A stretch of 63,540 bases of DNA, filler included, from Bigelowiella natans CCMP2755 (taxonomy: Eukaryota > Protista > Cercozoa), in the NCBI GenBank assembly GCA_000320545.1. It is 5 parts of 5 records of this genome, joined end to end, with 100 filler letters (N's around TTAATTAATTAA, not from the genome) between each part and the next. Parts side by side here need not be neighbours in the genome. Positions count along the whole stretch, not along the records: positions 49,265 to 58,622 come from ADNK01000168.1; positions 58,723 to 63,540 come from ADNK01003563.1; 3 more parts are not named here. One strand, given 5' to 3'. The translations under genes and the position numbers were made by a program. This document shows positions 53,213-63,378 of this stretch, piece by piece; the stretch's first letter is position 1, and every line of letters begins with the position of its first letter. Under the pieces are notes generated by a model. The model made no database searches. It was given only the letters and a program-made list of their open reading frames with translations, and was not told where the DNA came from.

Positions 53213-54239
53213 TTTTCTCTTCTTGAAGCATTGCCACACTAAAATTGCAAACCAAGAGTTGTCGTAATTGCAAAGCGTATAACATCCTAACATACAACTT
53301 TTTGTACTTTGCTTTCAGCATCGTTTTGCTTCGGTTTACTACAACTAAACTGGACAAGAAGATTAGCTAGCAAGTAAAGATGTCAACCAGACACTCGTGA
53401 TATGCTTTGCTGTAGCGGAAATTCTCCGATGCACCATCATGTAACATGGTTCGGCTTCTATTCATTGCATGCTGCCTCGCGCGTGCAAGGCGATCGAATC
53501 GTGCGCGGATCATGCACACATGTATGTAGCACTACAACAGCAGGTGCATCAATGCCTGTGTAGCAACGCGCACGATGTACTAGTAGTGCGCATGCTACTA
53601 ATAACAGTGAATGGCCAAACGCAAGACTACCTAGCGATGTACGTACGAGCTACTAGCTTAATTAATAAGCTTAGTCAGGCGCTACGCGCGTCGATCTGCG
53701 CGCAGAGCTACTTGATGTCGACTAATGTGACTATTTTTGTTATCATCACTTGCATGCTGCTCGCGCATGTAGCTAGGTAGCCGATCTAGCGATGCATCAT
53801 TGGGCTGGCTAACATTTAAGTGCGATGCTACGTACGCGTATGTACGTAACATGTAGCCATTTCATGCATGCATGCCAGCAGCATACGTATACGCGCGCTA
53901 CTCTAGCTAGCTAGTACGTACTGCGCGAGCGAGTGGCATGTTTAATAACCATCAAATGATGGTGTGCATCGCATAAGCTAGCCTTATATAGAAACAGGCT
54001 TGCGCCGCAGAATGTAGCCAAGTACGAATAATTGGCTCACGTTTACCCACATACCATGCAATGATATATAGCAACAGAGGCATATGCCATGCAGCCCACG
54101 ATATTACACGATAAGCAACGCTGCCAAAAGCGTCTGACAGGCATTTGCCGTAATATTATTCAGTACATTTACATCGGATGATAACCATGCTAGAAATAAT
54201 ACAAAGCTCAAGGTAAAGACGTAAATCATTGGCTTACAA

Positions 54240-55958
54240 TTAGAGAAGATCTTTTTGGGCACTCATCGCCTTTGCAGATGCGACTGGGGTATCATCGAAG
54301 AGAGAAATGTCCTCTTCGACTAACTGCGCTTCCGCCTCAGGTGTCCACTCCTCCGTCTTACCAGCTTCTCCCACTTGGCGAATCGCGAAACGGAAGAAGG
54401 GAGGCCCGATCAACTGATTTATGACCACCACAGCGATCATTGTTGTGGCAAACTCAGCCCCCCACGTATGGTACTCAACATGCACTTTCTTTGCCAGACC
54501 AAGAGCAACTCCTGCCTGCGTTATGTAGGCCATCCACGACAGTCTAGAGTGCTGGATGGAATCCCCGGATGCTCTTCCCGCAGCATATGAGCCAACCCCA
54601 ATGGAAAATAAACGTACGAGGAATAGAATCAGCACCAAGACGACGACAGGTCCGAAGAGGACCCCCATGGAGAGCGCAGCGCCTGTAAGCGTGAAGAACG
54701 CAGCGTTCACTGCGGGGGCGCACCCATCCTCGAATTTGGCAAACGCTTTTCTTCCCGAAGTGAAATTTGTTGTGCAACAACCAGCCACCATACACGTAAC
54801 CAAAGGCTCCATGTATGGTTCCAGAACATGTGAGGAGAAGAAGATCATAAATCCAAGGGTAAGGGTCAGCAGGTATGAAGCGGCGCGGAACATCGCTTTT
54901 GCGAATGCTGGCGCCTTGTCAGCAAAGGCCACACCCTCTTCCCCGTTGTTGTACAAAGCCTCTTCATCTATGAGAATATTAGGGAGAACGCAAATACCGA
55001 AGAAAACGCCGATGATAATGGAGATGACCATCTGGGCAGCAAAAACTCCAAGGAGCAATGGATTCGGTTTAGATTCGTTAAGCATTCCGTTTGCGACCAA
55101 GTCAATGAGCGCGAAGAGGGTAATGACAACTACATCAGTGATTATAGTCGTGCCCATTATTGTGGATGTGAAAGGTCCCTCGGCATTGAGTTCTTTCTTA
55201 ATTGCAATTGCTGAGGCAGGAGATCTCGCCACGAGGAGTGTTCCCCCAATCATAGCAATTGCTAAAATCTGCTGTGGATTCATGTTATGCATGAAAGATA
55301 CGGAGTTGTGGAGGGTGAAGAGGGTGACCGTTCCCATGATAAATGTAGCCAGGCAAAGAAAAATCGTCTGGAGTTGGATGGCTTGCTTGCGTTCTCTCAG
55401 CTTCTTGAAGTAGAGCTGGGCTCCTGCGCAGAAAGCGATGAAAGCAAGAGCCACTTCGTCCACAATACGAAGAGATCGGATGGCACTCTCAGATATGAGA
55501 CCGAGAACGTATGGGCCGAAAAAGATCCCGACAAGAAGGTAGCCGCTTACCAAAGGCAAGCCGAAATAAGGCATAATCTTCGAGATGTAAAATGAGGCGA
55601 CACATAGAGAGGTGAACACCAACACGTTGACAAAGCCGGGAAGGTAGTCTTCGATCGTGGCCCGACGTTTCATGTGCTTGGTTTCGGGTTTGTTTTCCTG
55701 TGAGTGCATATTGTCTGAGATTCCACCATGAGTAACCTGGACAGGCGTACTAGAATTCGAACGTTTGGTTTTTAGGGCGTTATCCACAGCCTTCGAGGTT
55801 TTCTTGATTGAATCCCCTAATGTCTCAGTTGTCGACTTTAAAATCTGAACAGCTACATTGCCATCATTATCATCTTGAAGAACTGGATTTTCAAGGGTTC
55901 GTGAAGACTTCGCATCTATAAAATTTAGGCACAAATAAGAATAAACATTAGAGACCAA
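54240..55958 (-). CDS. cation/proton antiporter (Na+/H+ exchanger, CPA2-like)
   Basis: Many TM helices with GLPLVSGYLLVGIFFGPYVLG, ARSPASAIAI, TDVVVI, FFTLTGA and QAGVALGLA. The true start may be in an upstream exon or at an internal Met. Confidence 0.85.
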   Translation of the reverse strand: MVSNVYSYLCLNFIDAKSSRTLENPVLQDDNDGNVAVQILKSTTETLGDSIKKTSKAVDNALKTKRSNSSTPVQVTHGGISDNMHSQENKPETKHMKRRATIEDYLPGFVNVLVFTSLCVASFYISKIMPYFGLPLVSGYLLVGIFFGPYVLGLISESAIRSLRIVDEVALAFIAFCAGAQLYFKKLRERKQAIQLQTIFLCLATFIMGTVTLFTLHNSVSFMHNMNPQQILAIAMIGGTLLVARSPASAIAIKKELNAEGPFTSTIMGTTIITDVVVITLFALIDLVANGMLNESKPNPLLLGVFAAQMVISIIIGVFFGICVLPNILIDEEALYNNGEEGVAFADKAPAFAKAMFRAASYLLTLTLGFMIFFSSHVLEPYMEPLVTCMVAGCCTTNFTSGRKAFAKFEDGCAPAVNAAFFTLTGAALSMGVLFGPVVVLVLILFLVRLFSIGVGSYAAGRASGDSIQHSRLSWMAYITQAGVALGLAKKVHVEYHTWGAEFATTMIAVVVINQLIGPPFFRFAIRQVGEAGKTEEWTPEAEAQLVEEDISLFDDTPVASAKAMSAQKDLL

Positions 55959-57550
55959 TTAATAGAAAATAGTGTCCACTGTTATGAAAGTAGTTCCTAA
56001 GCAGAATGTTTCGTAGATTTGGATAGATGGCAGGATACAAGAATTAAATCATGCAACTGAAGCTTTTGCAATTTACAACAAAGAATGCAAATTAAAATTG
56101 AGCACCTTGTTTGAGATAGGCATTCGAGGTTACCAAGAAGAGGGTAACAATGACGAGTGAAAGATTTCCTTTCATGGTTCTTTCTCTCTAAACAATCAGT
56201 CCTATGCACATTCAGCGGTGCGCTTCCCCCTTCAGAACTTGCTCACCCTAATGTCTAAACGGAATAACTCAAACGAAGCAGATTATTTACAGATTGATAA
56301 GATGTACATTAGATTTTATAATTACGACATCAACATCACCGATGTTTAAGGCATTTTAAATATTTTTGGACTCGACTTTGAGAACTCAGTCTAAGAATAA
56401 CAACCAAAATGGCTCTGAGATGCGACATGAAAATCCCCATTAGCATGAGATTTCTGTCAGAAATTACATCTCTTATCTAATTTTCTTCCATTTTTGGCCT
56501 CTAATATGCTATTTTTACGGTCATCGTTTTGTTACTCATTTTTTGTAACATGGCACTAATTTCAATTTTTCCCTCCTGCATTTAAAGCCAATAGTAAAAA
56601 GGCATATTTATAAGATTTTGGGAAAACATCTTCAGCCCCAATCGACACTTTTAACGGTATTTTGAACGTTTTCATCCAGAAAAAGCTGAAAACGAAAGGA
56701 AATACTGGCCTATCTGTCTCATTTATGACCACATATTGTTCTCAAATTCTGTACGAATACCAGCGTGAGCGAGATGGCGAGGGATTAATGGAGCTTGGTA
56801 GATATTCAGATATTTCTCCGAGATCTTCGTGAATCGAATCGCATGAATCCCCGCGGGGATTCTGGCCGCGTGTGTTGAAATTCGACGACAACAATGTTTC
56901 TGAACCGCTTCGCCCCCCGCCGCTCCTCACTGGTTGATTGTCAAGACGATAGCAAATCAGCGAGCTCCGGGGACGGCTGTTGATCTACAGATCCTTGTTT
57001 TCCTTTGTGATAACACGATCTCTCAGCAAGAACAACGCGTGCACGGAACTACAGAGAGACTGACATGGTTACGACGATGCATTTCTTTCGATTTTAAGCG
57101 ATGGTGTAAGTGAGGACGTTGTCCTTTCCGCACTATTTCGTCTTTCTTTCAATGGGCTACGATGTTTCTGATGGCGTGGATAAATTCGCACTTTTTTTAT
57201 CATACGTGTATCTGAAGCAGCACCCTGCAACGCCGTGTTTGCTCCTACTGATAAACGATTCTTGTTATGTGTGATATGCACGTAGTCCGACGGCGACTCG
57301 GATGAATCATCCTCTTCGGAGGAAATCGTAGATCAGCGACGAAAACCAAAAGCAGCAATAACAGCTGCGGCAAACCGAACTGAATGGGAGAATGCACCCT
57401 CCGAAGAAGTAGCAGGGGTAGGTGAGGATGAGGAGATTCCTGAGGATGAGGAAGATGAGCCTCCCGCGGCTGCGGATATGATGATATCGGTCCAGCAATA
57501 TGATAGCGATGACGACGACCACGACAACGAAGACGACAACGAAGACGACA

Positions 57551-57591
<41 letters not shown>

Positions 57592-58091
57592 CGCAGCGGT
57601 AAATGGCTGTTGCTGATATTTAAGCGATGATAATACAGCATGGTGGTGACAACGACGATGACATAAATTGCTGTTGGGGACGACGAATGTGGCTTCGCAG
57701 CAGAGAATTTTGCGGGCTGGGAAGGGGGGGAGAGACTACTCGCATTGGAACTTACGCCCTCTTTCCTTCGCATCTCTTCATCATCCGTTCATGAACTCAT
57801 CACCTATGTTGTTGTTCTTGCTGTTCTGTATGCGCTTTGCCAGGGGACGGTAGTCATCGGGGCGATGATGATGATGTTGATAACGATGATGATGATGATG
57901 GCAATGAAGAAGAGGGAGGAGGCTTGAAAGCAAAACTGCTGCTGCCCGATAGTTGTACCAAAGGGTCTTCGACAGCAGCAGAGCAGGGTAGCAGCAGCAG
58001 CAAACGAAGCAGCACCGCCAAAAGCCTCTTCCGCCCATCGAAGGAAGAAGAAGAAGAAGGTGCACATCACATTGTGTGCGCGGCGCAAAAG

Positions 58092-58130
<39 letters not shown>

Positions 58131-58622
58131 ACACACACACACACACACACGCATATATACATATTTATACATATTTATATATATTTTGTATATACATATT
58201 TTGTTGATATTTGTTTCATATTCCTCACGCCCCCCTCTCTTGTCGTCCTCTATATGTGTCATTAGCGGCATCATCCTCGTCGTCGTTGCGCCCCTTTCAG
58301 CTGCAGCAGCAAGCACCTCAGCTCCCCCCCTCCCAGTCCTCCTCCTCCTCCTCGCTCTTACCGGCCTCTAATGCATTCACTCATCATCACCATCAACAGC
58401 CATCGTACACCCAACCTCCAGTAGCAGCGTCATCATCGTCATCTATTCCCATCATCAGAAGCAGCAACAGCACCAGTGCTCACCATTCCTCGAGCCTGAC
58501 CCCATCGTCCATATTCTTAACACTCCAAGCCAACGACGGAGGGGGGGGGGGAGGAGGAGGGCTTGGCGGCGGCGGCGGCTGCAGCGGACGGGGAGGGGGA
58601 AGTCTAGGGGGGGGGAGGCGGG

Positions 58623-58722
58623 NNNNNNNNNNNNNNNNNNNNNNNNNNNNNNNNNNNNNNNNNNNNTTAATTAATTAANNNNNNNNNNNNNNNNNNNNNN
58701 NNNNNNNNNNNNNNNNNNNNNN
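58623..58722. other. artificial contig spacer
   Basis: 44 N + TTAATTAATTAA + 44 N. Confidence 0.97.
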
Positions 58723-59278
58723 GATTGTCTAAATGTGTTATTTCATCAGCCAGAAGACCTGGGACTTCCGCTTTACATTTAGCAATCAGGTTGGCGTGAC
58801 ATCGTTTGTGAGTTTTATTTATCAGGTGTGCTATATGACTACAGGTAGAGACATAGTAATAATTCGTAGATAAATCCATCTGCTTCCCTACAGTTGTGGG
58901 TGGACTGGTGTTTTTGTTCTGGGTTTCAAAATAGACAGTTTCGGTCTGAGACTTTTTGTGATGTATCCCATTTTGAATAAAGTGGTAGAACAGAGTTATC
59001 TTGTAAATGGTCTTATTCGCATCGGTCTGGTCTCGCTCAATTTCAGGTATGAATATAGGGATTTCTCTACCTACACCATTTAATTGAAACCGAATGATGG
59101 AGAAATACCAACTGCTGACATCGTCTAATAATGCCTTTGATAGGGTGTCTGTATAACTCACCACAGGATTATCTTTATTGCTGTCTATGGTCTCGTTATT
59201 CACAATATCTAAATTGTAATAAAGGTGGTCTTGATGCTCCTTGTTAAAATTATTCATAGCAAATATATAACTATTCAT
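58723..59278 (-). CDS. virophage minor capsid (penton) protein, N-terminal part
   Basis: DHLYYNLDIVNN...LLDDVSSWYFSIIRFQL...IPIFIPEI...DANKTIYKITL resembles OLV/YSLV-type penton N-termini. Cut by the contig edge. Confidence 0.75.
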
Positions 59279-59303
59279 TATTAATAAAATTTAGATAATT
59301 TTT

Positions 59304-60017
59304 TTAATATTTTAAATTGTTTTTTTTTATGTATTGTGATGCTTCAATAAACTTTAGTCCCTTATCTTTCATCAATTTTTTAATCAAAGCACCCCTTCGT
59401 TTCCTTCTGTCGTTTGGAGTTGTGGATTTGACCCTGGACTTAACAATCTTAAATCCTTTATCACATTGGATGAAGTTGCTTCGGTTGGTTTTCCTTTTCT
59501 TTTCTGTTCTGATGATGGTGGGTGTGATGCGACGAGACGGTTTGGATTTTTTAGTTTTCCTTCCTTTTGTAACATCTACCTCATTGATTTCATCCAGCGA
59601 TTTGCCTGTGTATTTAAGTGCGATGTCGTTCAGTCTTTCTCGTTCTGCTTCCTGTGCTTTTGTTCCACCTTCTTTCTTATTATCAGCACCTCCATAGTGG
59701 TATCCTTTTCCTTTGACTTTTTGAATGAGTGCCTTCACATTAATCTTTTTCTTCTTCTTTTTGTTTTTGTGTTTTACTCCTGATGCTTGGACGACTTCAT
59801 CCGCTACATCCAGGACAGGTGCTATCTCTGGGAGTAATTTTTTACCCACTTTCATAGGTATTGAAAACCCCTTCTTAAAACCTTTGTGAAAGTCTTTCCA
59901 AAATCCAGCACCCATTAAATTCTTTAGTTGTTTAACTTCGTCATCCATTTCCATAATGTTCTTAGCATAGTGTAATCCTAACTCTGATGCTCTTGATTTA
60001 TCAGCATTCTGTGACAT
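59304..60017 (-). CDS. basic putative virion core protein
   Basis: Lys/Arg-rich, with MGAGFWKDF and GG motifs. The C-terminal RGALIKKLMKDKGLKFIEASQYIKKNNL pattern is recalled from virophage proteins. Start MSQNADK at 60017 follows a TCTA motif. Confidence 0.6.
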   Translation of the reverse strand: MSQNADKSRASELGLHYAKNIMEMDDEVKQLKNLMGAGFWKDFHKGFKKGFSIPMKVGKKLLPEIAPVLDVADEVVQASGVKHKNKKKKKKINVKALIQKVKGKGYHYGGADNKKEGGTKAQEAERERLNDIALKYTGKSLDEINEVDVTKGRKTKKSKPSRRITPTIIRTEKKRKTNRSNFIQCDKGFKIVKSRVKSTTPNDRRKRRGALIKKLMKDKGLKFIEASQYIKKNNLKY

Positions 60018-60083
60018 ATGTATATATATATAAATCATTAGATATTTTTTTTTCTCAATAAAATTTTCTATATAATAATTAAT

Positions 60084-60851
60084 ATGGTGAAAAAATTTAA
60101 AGATGTCATTGATGAGAAAGAGTATTACATAGGTTCTGTGAATTCCTATAAACAAACACCTACAGACATAAACCAAAACCTAAAATTAAAATATGATAGT
60201 GATACTTTTGATGTATATATAGATGAGAAACTAAAAGTCATATTAATAACAATTAGAGGGACTAAACCTACAAGTATGGGTGATTTATATGCGGATTACA
60301 AGATTGCTTGGAATAATCTACAAGCAAGTAATAGATTTAAAACTGACATAAAGAGAATGGACGAAATAATAAAGCAATATAAACCCAGTCAATATCTGTA
60401 TTTCATAACAGGTCATTCTTTAGGTGGAGCGATAGTGAATGAATTTATAAGGAGGTATCCTTTTATTAAATATGCTACAACCTTTAATGGAGCATCTCAA
60501 CCCCAAGATATAAAGATACAGAACAACGATAAGGTGAAGAGAATATACATAAACAAAGACTTTTTATATAGATTTAACAACGGATACAGATATGATAGGT
60601 TGAAGGTGTTGAAATACAATCCTGAACAAGTTAGAAATTTCTTTGATTTTGTGAAAAGAAGGTTTGACTATACCCCAACTATGCTAAAGGCACACAGTTT
60701 AGACCAACCTGCTTTCAGGAAACTATATAATCACGAAGATGGAAACCCAACGATATTACGGAACGACTATGTTGAAGGCGGATGTAAAAAGAAAAAGAAA
60801 TGTGAGTGTAAATACCAAAAGATTATCTCTAAAATTATAAATCTCAAATAA
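60084..60851 (+). CDS. alpha/beta-hydrolase (class 3 lipase-like)
   Basis: ITIRGT, nucleophile elbow ITGHSLGG, candidate Asp in NKDFL and candidate His in KAHSL. Confidence 0.85.
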   Translation: MVKKFKDVIDEKEYYIGSVNSYKQTPTDINQNLKLKYDSDTFDVYIDEKLKVILITIRGTKPTSMGDLYADYKIAWNNLQASNRFKTDIKRMDEIIKQYKPSQYLYFITGHSLGGAIVNEFIRRYPFIKYATTFNGASQPQDIKIQNNDKVKRIYINKDFLYRFNNGYRYDRLKVLKYNPEQVRNFFDFVKRRFDYTPTMLKAHSLDQPAFRKLYNHEDGNPTILRNDYVEGGCKKKKKCECKYQKIISKIINLK

Positions 60852-60858
60852 TATATAT

Positions 60859-62094
60859 ATGAATTTATGTAAGAATGTAGATTTCCATAAAAGTTTGGAC
60901 AACCTTGTGAGCAGTCTAAAATCCTACCCTCTTTCCAATTATGATTTAACAAATGCTCACCCCAACATCAGAATAACTACATCTGCCGACTTACCGAAAT
61001 TGCGATTTGCCGACCAACTATTCAATGGTAATATCGGTGTCTTGTTGTGGTTAAATGAGGAGAATTCAGGACACTGGTTGGGTTTAATACGGAAACAGCA
61101 CACCATAGAAATTTTTGATAGTTATGGATTTCCTTTTAAGAATATCAACAAGCACCTAAACTCCCAAATGAACATCTCGCCTGATGTGTTGATGCTAAAT
61201 GCCCCTAAAACTCCACAGGCAGGAAGAGACCTTTTCAATGATTTAAAGAGCAAGTATAATGTAAGCATTCCTACAATAGACTTGACAAATACAATAGAAG
61301 CAAGTTTAGGAGCAGAGGTAGATAAATCTATTAGAGATAAAGAAATTAATAGTGTTGCTACAGAATTACGGTCAACTGCTACTACTGGTAGGCAAATAGA
61401 TAAAGATATTGTAGATAAATACCAAAAAGCAATTAATTCAGCATTTACTGGTAGCAATAACTTAGATGAAGTGAAGTCAGATGTAAGAAAGGATTTATTA
61501 GACAAAAACAAATATAAACTTGACAAGATTCCTAAAAATACTATGATAAAGGTCTTCAACAAGAATGTAAGAGTAGGGACATTCATCAGCAACCTTCGTG
61601 CTTCCTTGAAGAAAACCGACACAGAAACAGATACTCAAAAGAAGGTAAGTCTTATTCTTAACGATGTTGAAAGTAAAAAAAGTAATGGTAATTTAACTCT
61701 AAAATATATGAAGCAAGTTCAAAAGGAGATAAATAAGAATTTCAAGGATTTGAACCCTAAAGACAAATTCACTTATGATGGTAAAAGAATTGATAAAAAT
61801 GATGTTAAAAAGGTGATACAAGCAGAGGTTGATTCCTTTGGAAAAAGTGAAAGGAAAGAAAGAAATGCGATTGAAAGCAATCTGTTAAAGGTTGAAAATA
61901 ATGTTAAAGACGATGACTCGGTTTTACCTGAAGCGAAAATTGCTATAAATCTACTTAGAAAGAAGAAGAAGCAGAATGAAAAGTATAGATTTTTTAACGA
62001 GGTATTAACAGCATCACAACTCATCAAAGTATTACAAGAATTAGTTGATGATGAAGATGATTTAGATGCTATCAGTGAACCTGATAGTAATTAA
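60859..62094 (+). CDS. virophage maturation cysteine protease N-terminal half fused to an unrelated charged helical region
   Basis: YPLSNYDL...NSGHWLGL...IEIFDSYG retains the catalytic His and Asp. There is no Gln/Cys motif and no Cys after residue 4. Confidence 0.75.
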   Translation: MNLCKNVDFHKSLDNLVSSLKSYPLSNYDLTNAHPNIRITTSADLPKLRFADQLFNGNIGVLLWLNEENSGHWLGLIRKQHTIEIFDSYGFPFKNINKHLNSQMNISPDVLMLNAPKTPQAGRDLFNDLKSKYNVSIPTIDLTNTIEASLGAEVDKSIRDKEINSVATELRSTATTGRQIDKDIVDKYQKAINSAFTGSNNLDEVKSDVRKDLLDKNKYKLDKIPKNTMIKVFNKNVRVGTFISNLRASLKKTDTETDTQKKVSLILNDVESKKSNGNLTLKYMKQVQKEINKNFKDLNPKDKFTYDGKRIDKNDVKKVIQAEVDSFGKSERKERNAIESNLLKVENNVKDDDSVLPEAKIAINLLRKKKKQNEKYRFFNEVLTASQLIKVLQELVDDEDDLDAISEPDSN

Positions 62095-62136
62095 TATTTA
62101 CTATAAAAAATAATATCTAATTTTTAATAATAAACT

Positions 62137-62997
62137 ATGCCTTATTTATTATTAAAAAAACTAAATAGAATAGATGAAAATGAGAACAAGAACCTGAAAC
62201 CTATAGCGATTGTTAAGAGTGAGAAGAAAGACAAAGACCCTTTACATAATGCTTTTTTATACTTAGATATGGATGATAAACCAAATCCAAAAAAGAAGAC
62301 AAAGATTGAGCTGGATTTCCACCAAAAATTCGAGATACTACCCAATACAAATTCAGACAAGAGGGATGTAATGTATATCGCTGGTGCGAGTGGTTCAGGT
62401 AAAAGTTATATTACCAAACAGATAGTCAATAATTATGCGAAATTGTATCCTAAACGAAAAATATTTATAGTTTCTCGTTTAGACGAGGATGAAACACTAG
62501 ATGGTATTAAATCTAAAAATATTATAAAATTAGACATACCATCTTTAGTAGAGACACCATTTGATGTCAACAATCCATTATTTTATAAAAGCTGTTTTGT
62601 CTTGGATGATGTCGATGACCTTCCTGACAAGCACCAACAAAAAGCAGTCCAGGATATGCTAAATGCTGTCAGTATTATGGGTCGCCTCCACAAAAAGAAA
62701 AAAGATGAAGAAGGTAAAGAAACAGGACAGGGTGGGATAAGTTTATTCTTTTTGACCCACTATATCTCAAATTTTAGTAAAACTCGTATTATTTTGAATG
62801 AGAGCACACATTATGTGCTATATCCACAAAGCACAGCAACCAACCAATTGTATTATATTTTATCAAAATACATCGGTTTAGAACGGAAAGATATATTAAA
62901 TTTGAAGAAGATGGGAAGCAGATGGTCTTGTATTCACAAGAACTATCCCCAATACATCGTAGGGCAATATAGTGCGAAAATACTACACACAGATTAA
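62137..62997 (+). CDS. FtsK-HerA family genome-packaging ATPase
   Basis: Walker A GASGSGKS, Walker B FVLDD, an Arg-finger-like MGRLH, then FLTH and TRIILNES...VLYP. Confidence 0.92.
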   Translation: MPYLLLKKLNRIDENENKNLKPIAIVKSEKKDKDPLHNAFLYLDMDDKPNPKKKTKIELDFHQKFEILPNTNSDKRDVMYIAGASGSGKSYITKQIVNNYAKLYPKRKIFIVSRLDEDETLDGIKSKNIIKLDIPSLVETPFDVNNPLFYKSCFVLDDVDDLPDKHQQKAVQDMLNAVSIMGRLHKKKKDEEGKETGQGGISLFFLTHYISNFSKTRIILNESTHYVLYPQSTATNQLYYILSKYIGLERKDILNLKKMGSRWSCIHKNYPQYIVGQYSAKILHTD

Positions 62998-63026
62998 AAA
63001 AATAATTATCTAACTCTATTGTATAT

Positions 63027-63344
63027 ATGGATAATAAAGAACTGGTCTTGGATGTAAAACAACACTCTGAAGAGTTCAAGAAGCGATTGGAACAGGAGAT
63101 ACTACACAAAATGGAAGTGGAGGATGCGAAATTAGAGAACACATATCAATCTTGCTGTGTAACTAGCGATAAAAGAGCATTAGAGTTTTTCTTAAAGAGC
63201 GGTGTCATATTTAGTGTGCTGGTATTTAGTATGCTACAAGTTATCACAGTTAATAATTCGTCCGAGCGGAATGCTTTTTTAAATATAGTCATATTGATAC
63301 TGGGCACATTCTTGCCTTCCCCAAAGATTAAGGATAATAAATAA
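63027..63344 (+). CDS. small two-TM viral membrane protein
   Basis: SCCVTSDKRALEFF, two hydrophobic helices, then FLPSPKIK. The pattern is recalled from virophage/polinton-like virus small membrane proteins. Confidence 0.65.
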   Translation: MDNKELVLDVKQHSEEFKKRLEQEILHKMEVEDAKLENTYQSCCVTSDKRALEFFLKSGVIFSVLVFSMLQVITVNNSSERNAFLNIVILILGTFLPSPKIKDNK

Positions 63345-63378
63345 ATATATTTTCTCCTAATATTGATATTCAACACCT

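Larger units (their letters stand above)
59292..63012. promoter_or_regulatory. TCTA late-promoter-like motif upstream of virophage genes
   Basis: TCTA lies in AT-rich DNA 13-21 nt before the ATG at 59295-59292(-), 60042-60039(-), 60067-60070, 62116-62119 and 63009-63012. Confidence 0.7.

Noticed and set aside
54556-55413. Long antisense ORFs opposite real genes (also 24562-25101 and 61122-61622)
   Set aside because: Shadow ORFs of well-supported opposite-strand CDSs.
56742-58622. Possible acidic low-complexity gene at the end of contig 4
   Set aside because: Strand and exon structure could not be resolved.
58500-58800. Apparent virus-host integration junction
   Set aside because: The boundary is the artificial N44-TTAATTAATTAA-N44 spacer, so adjacency carries no biological information.
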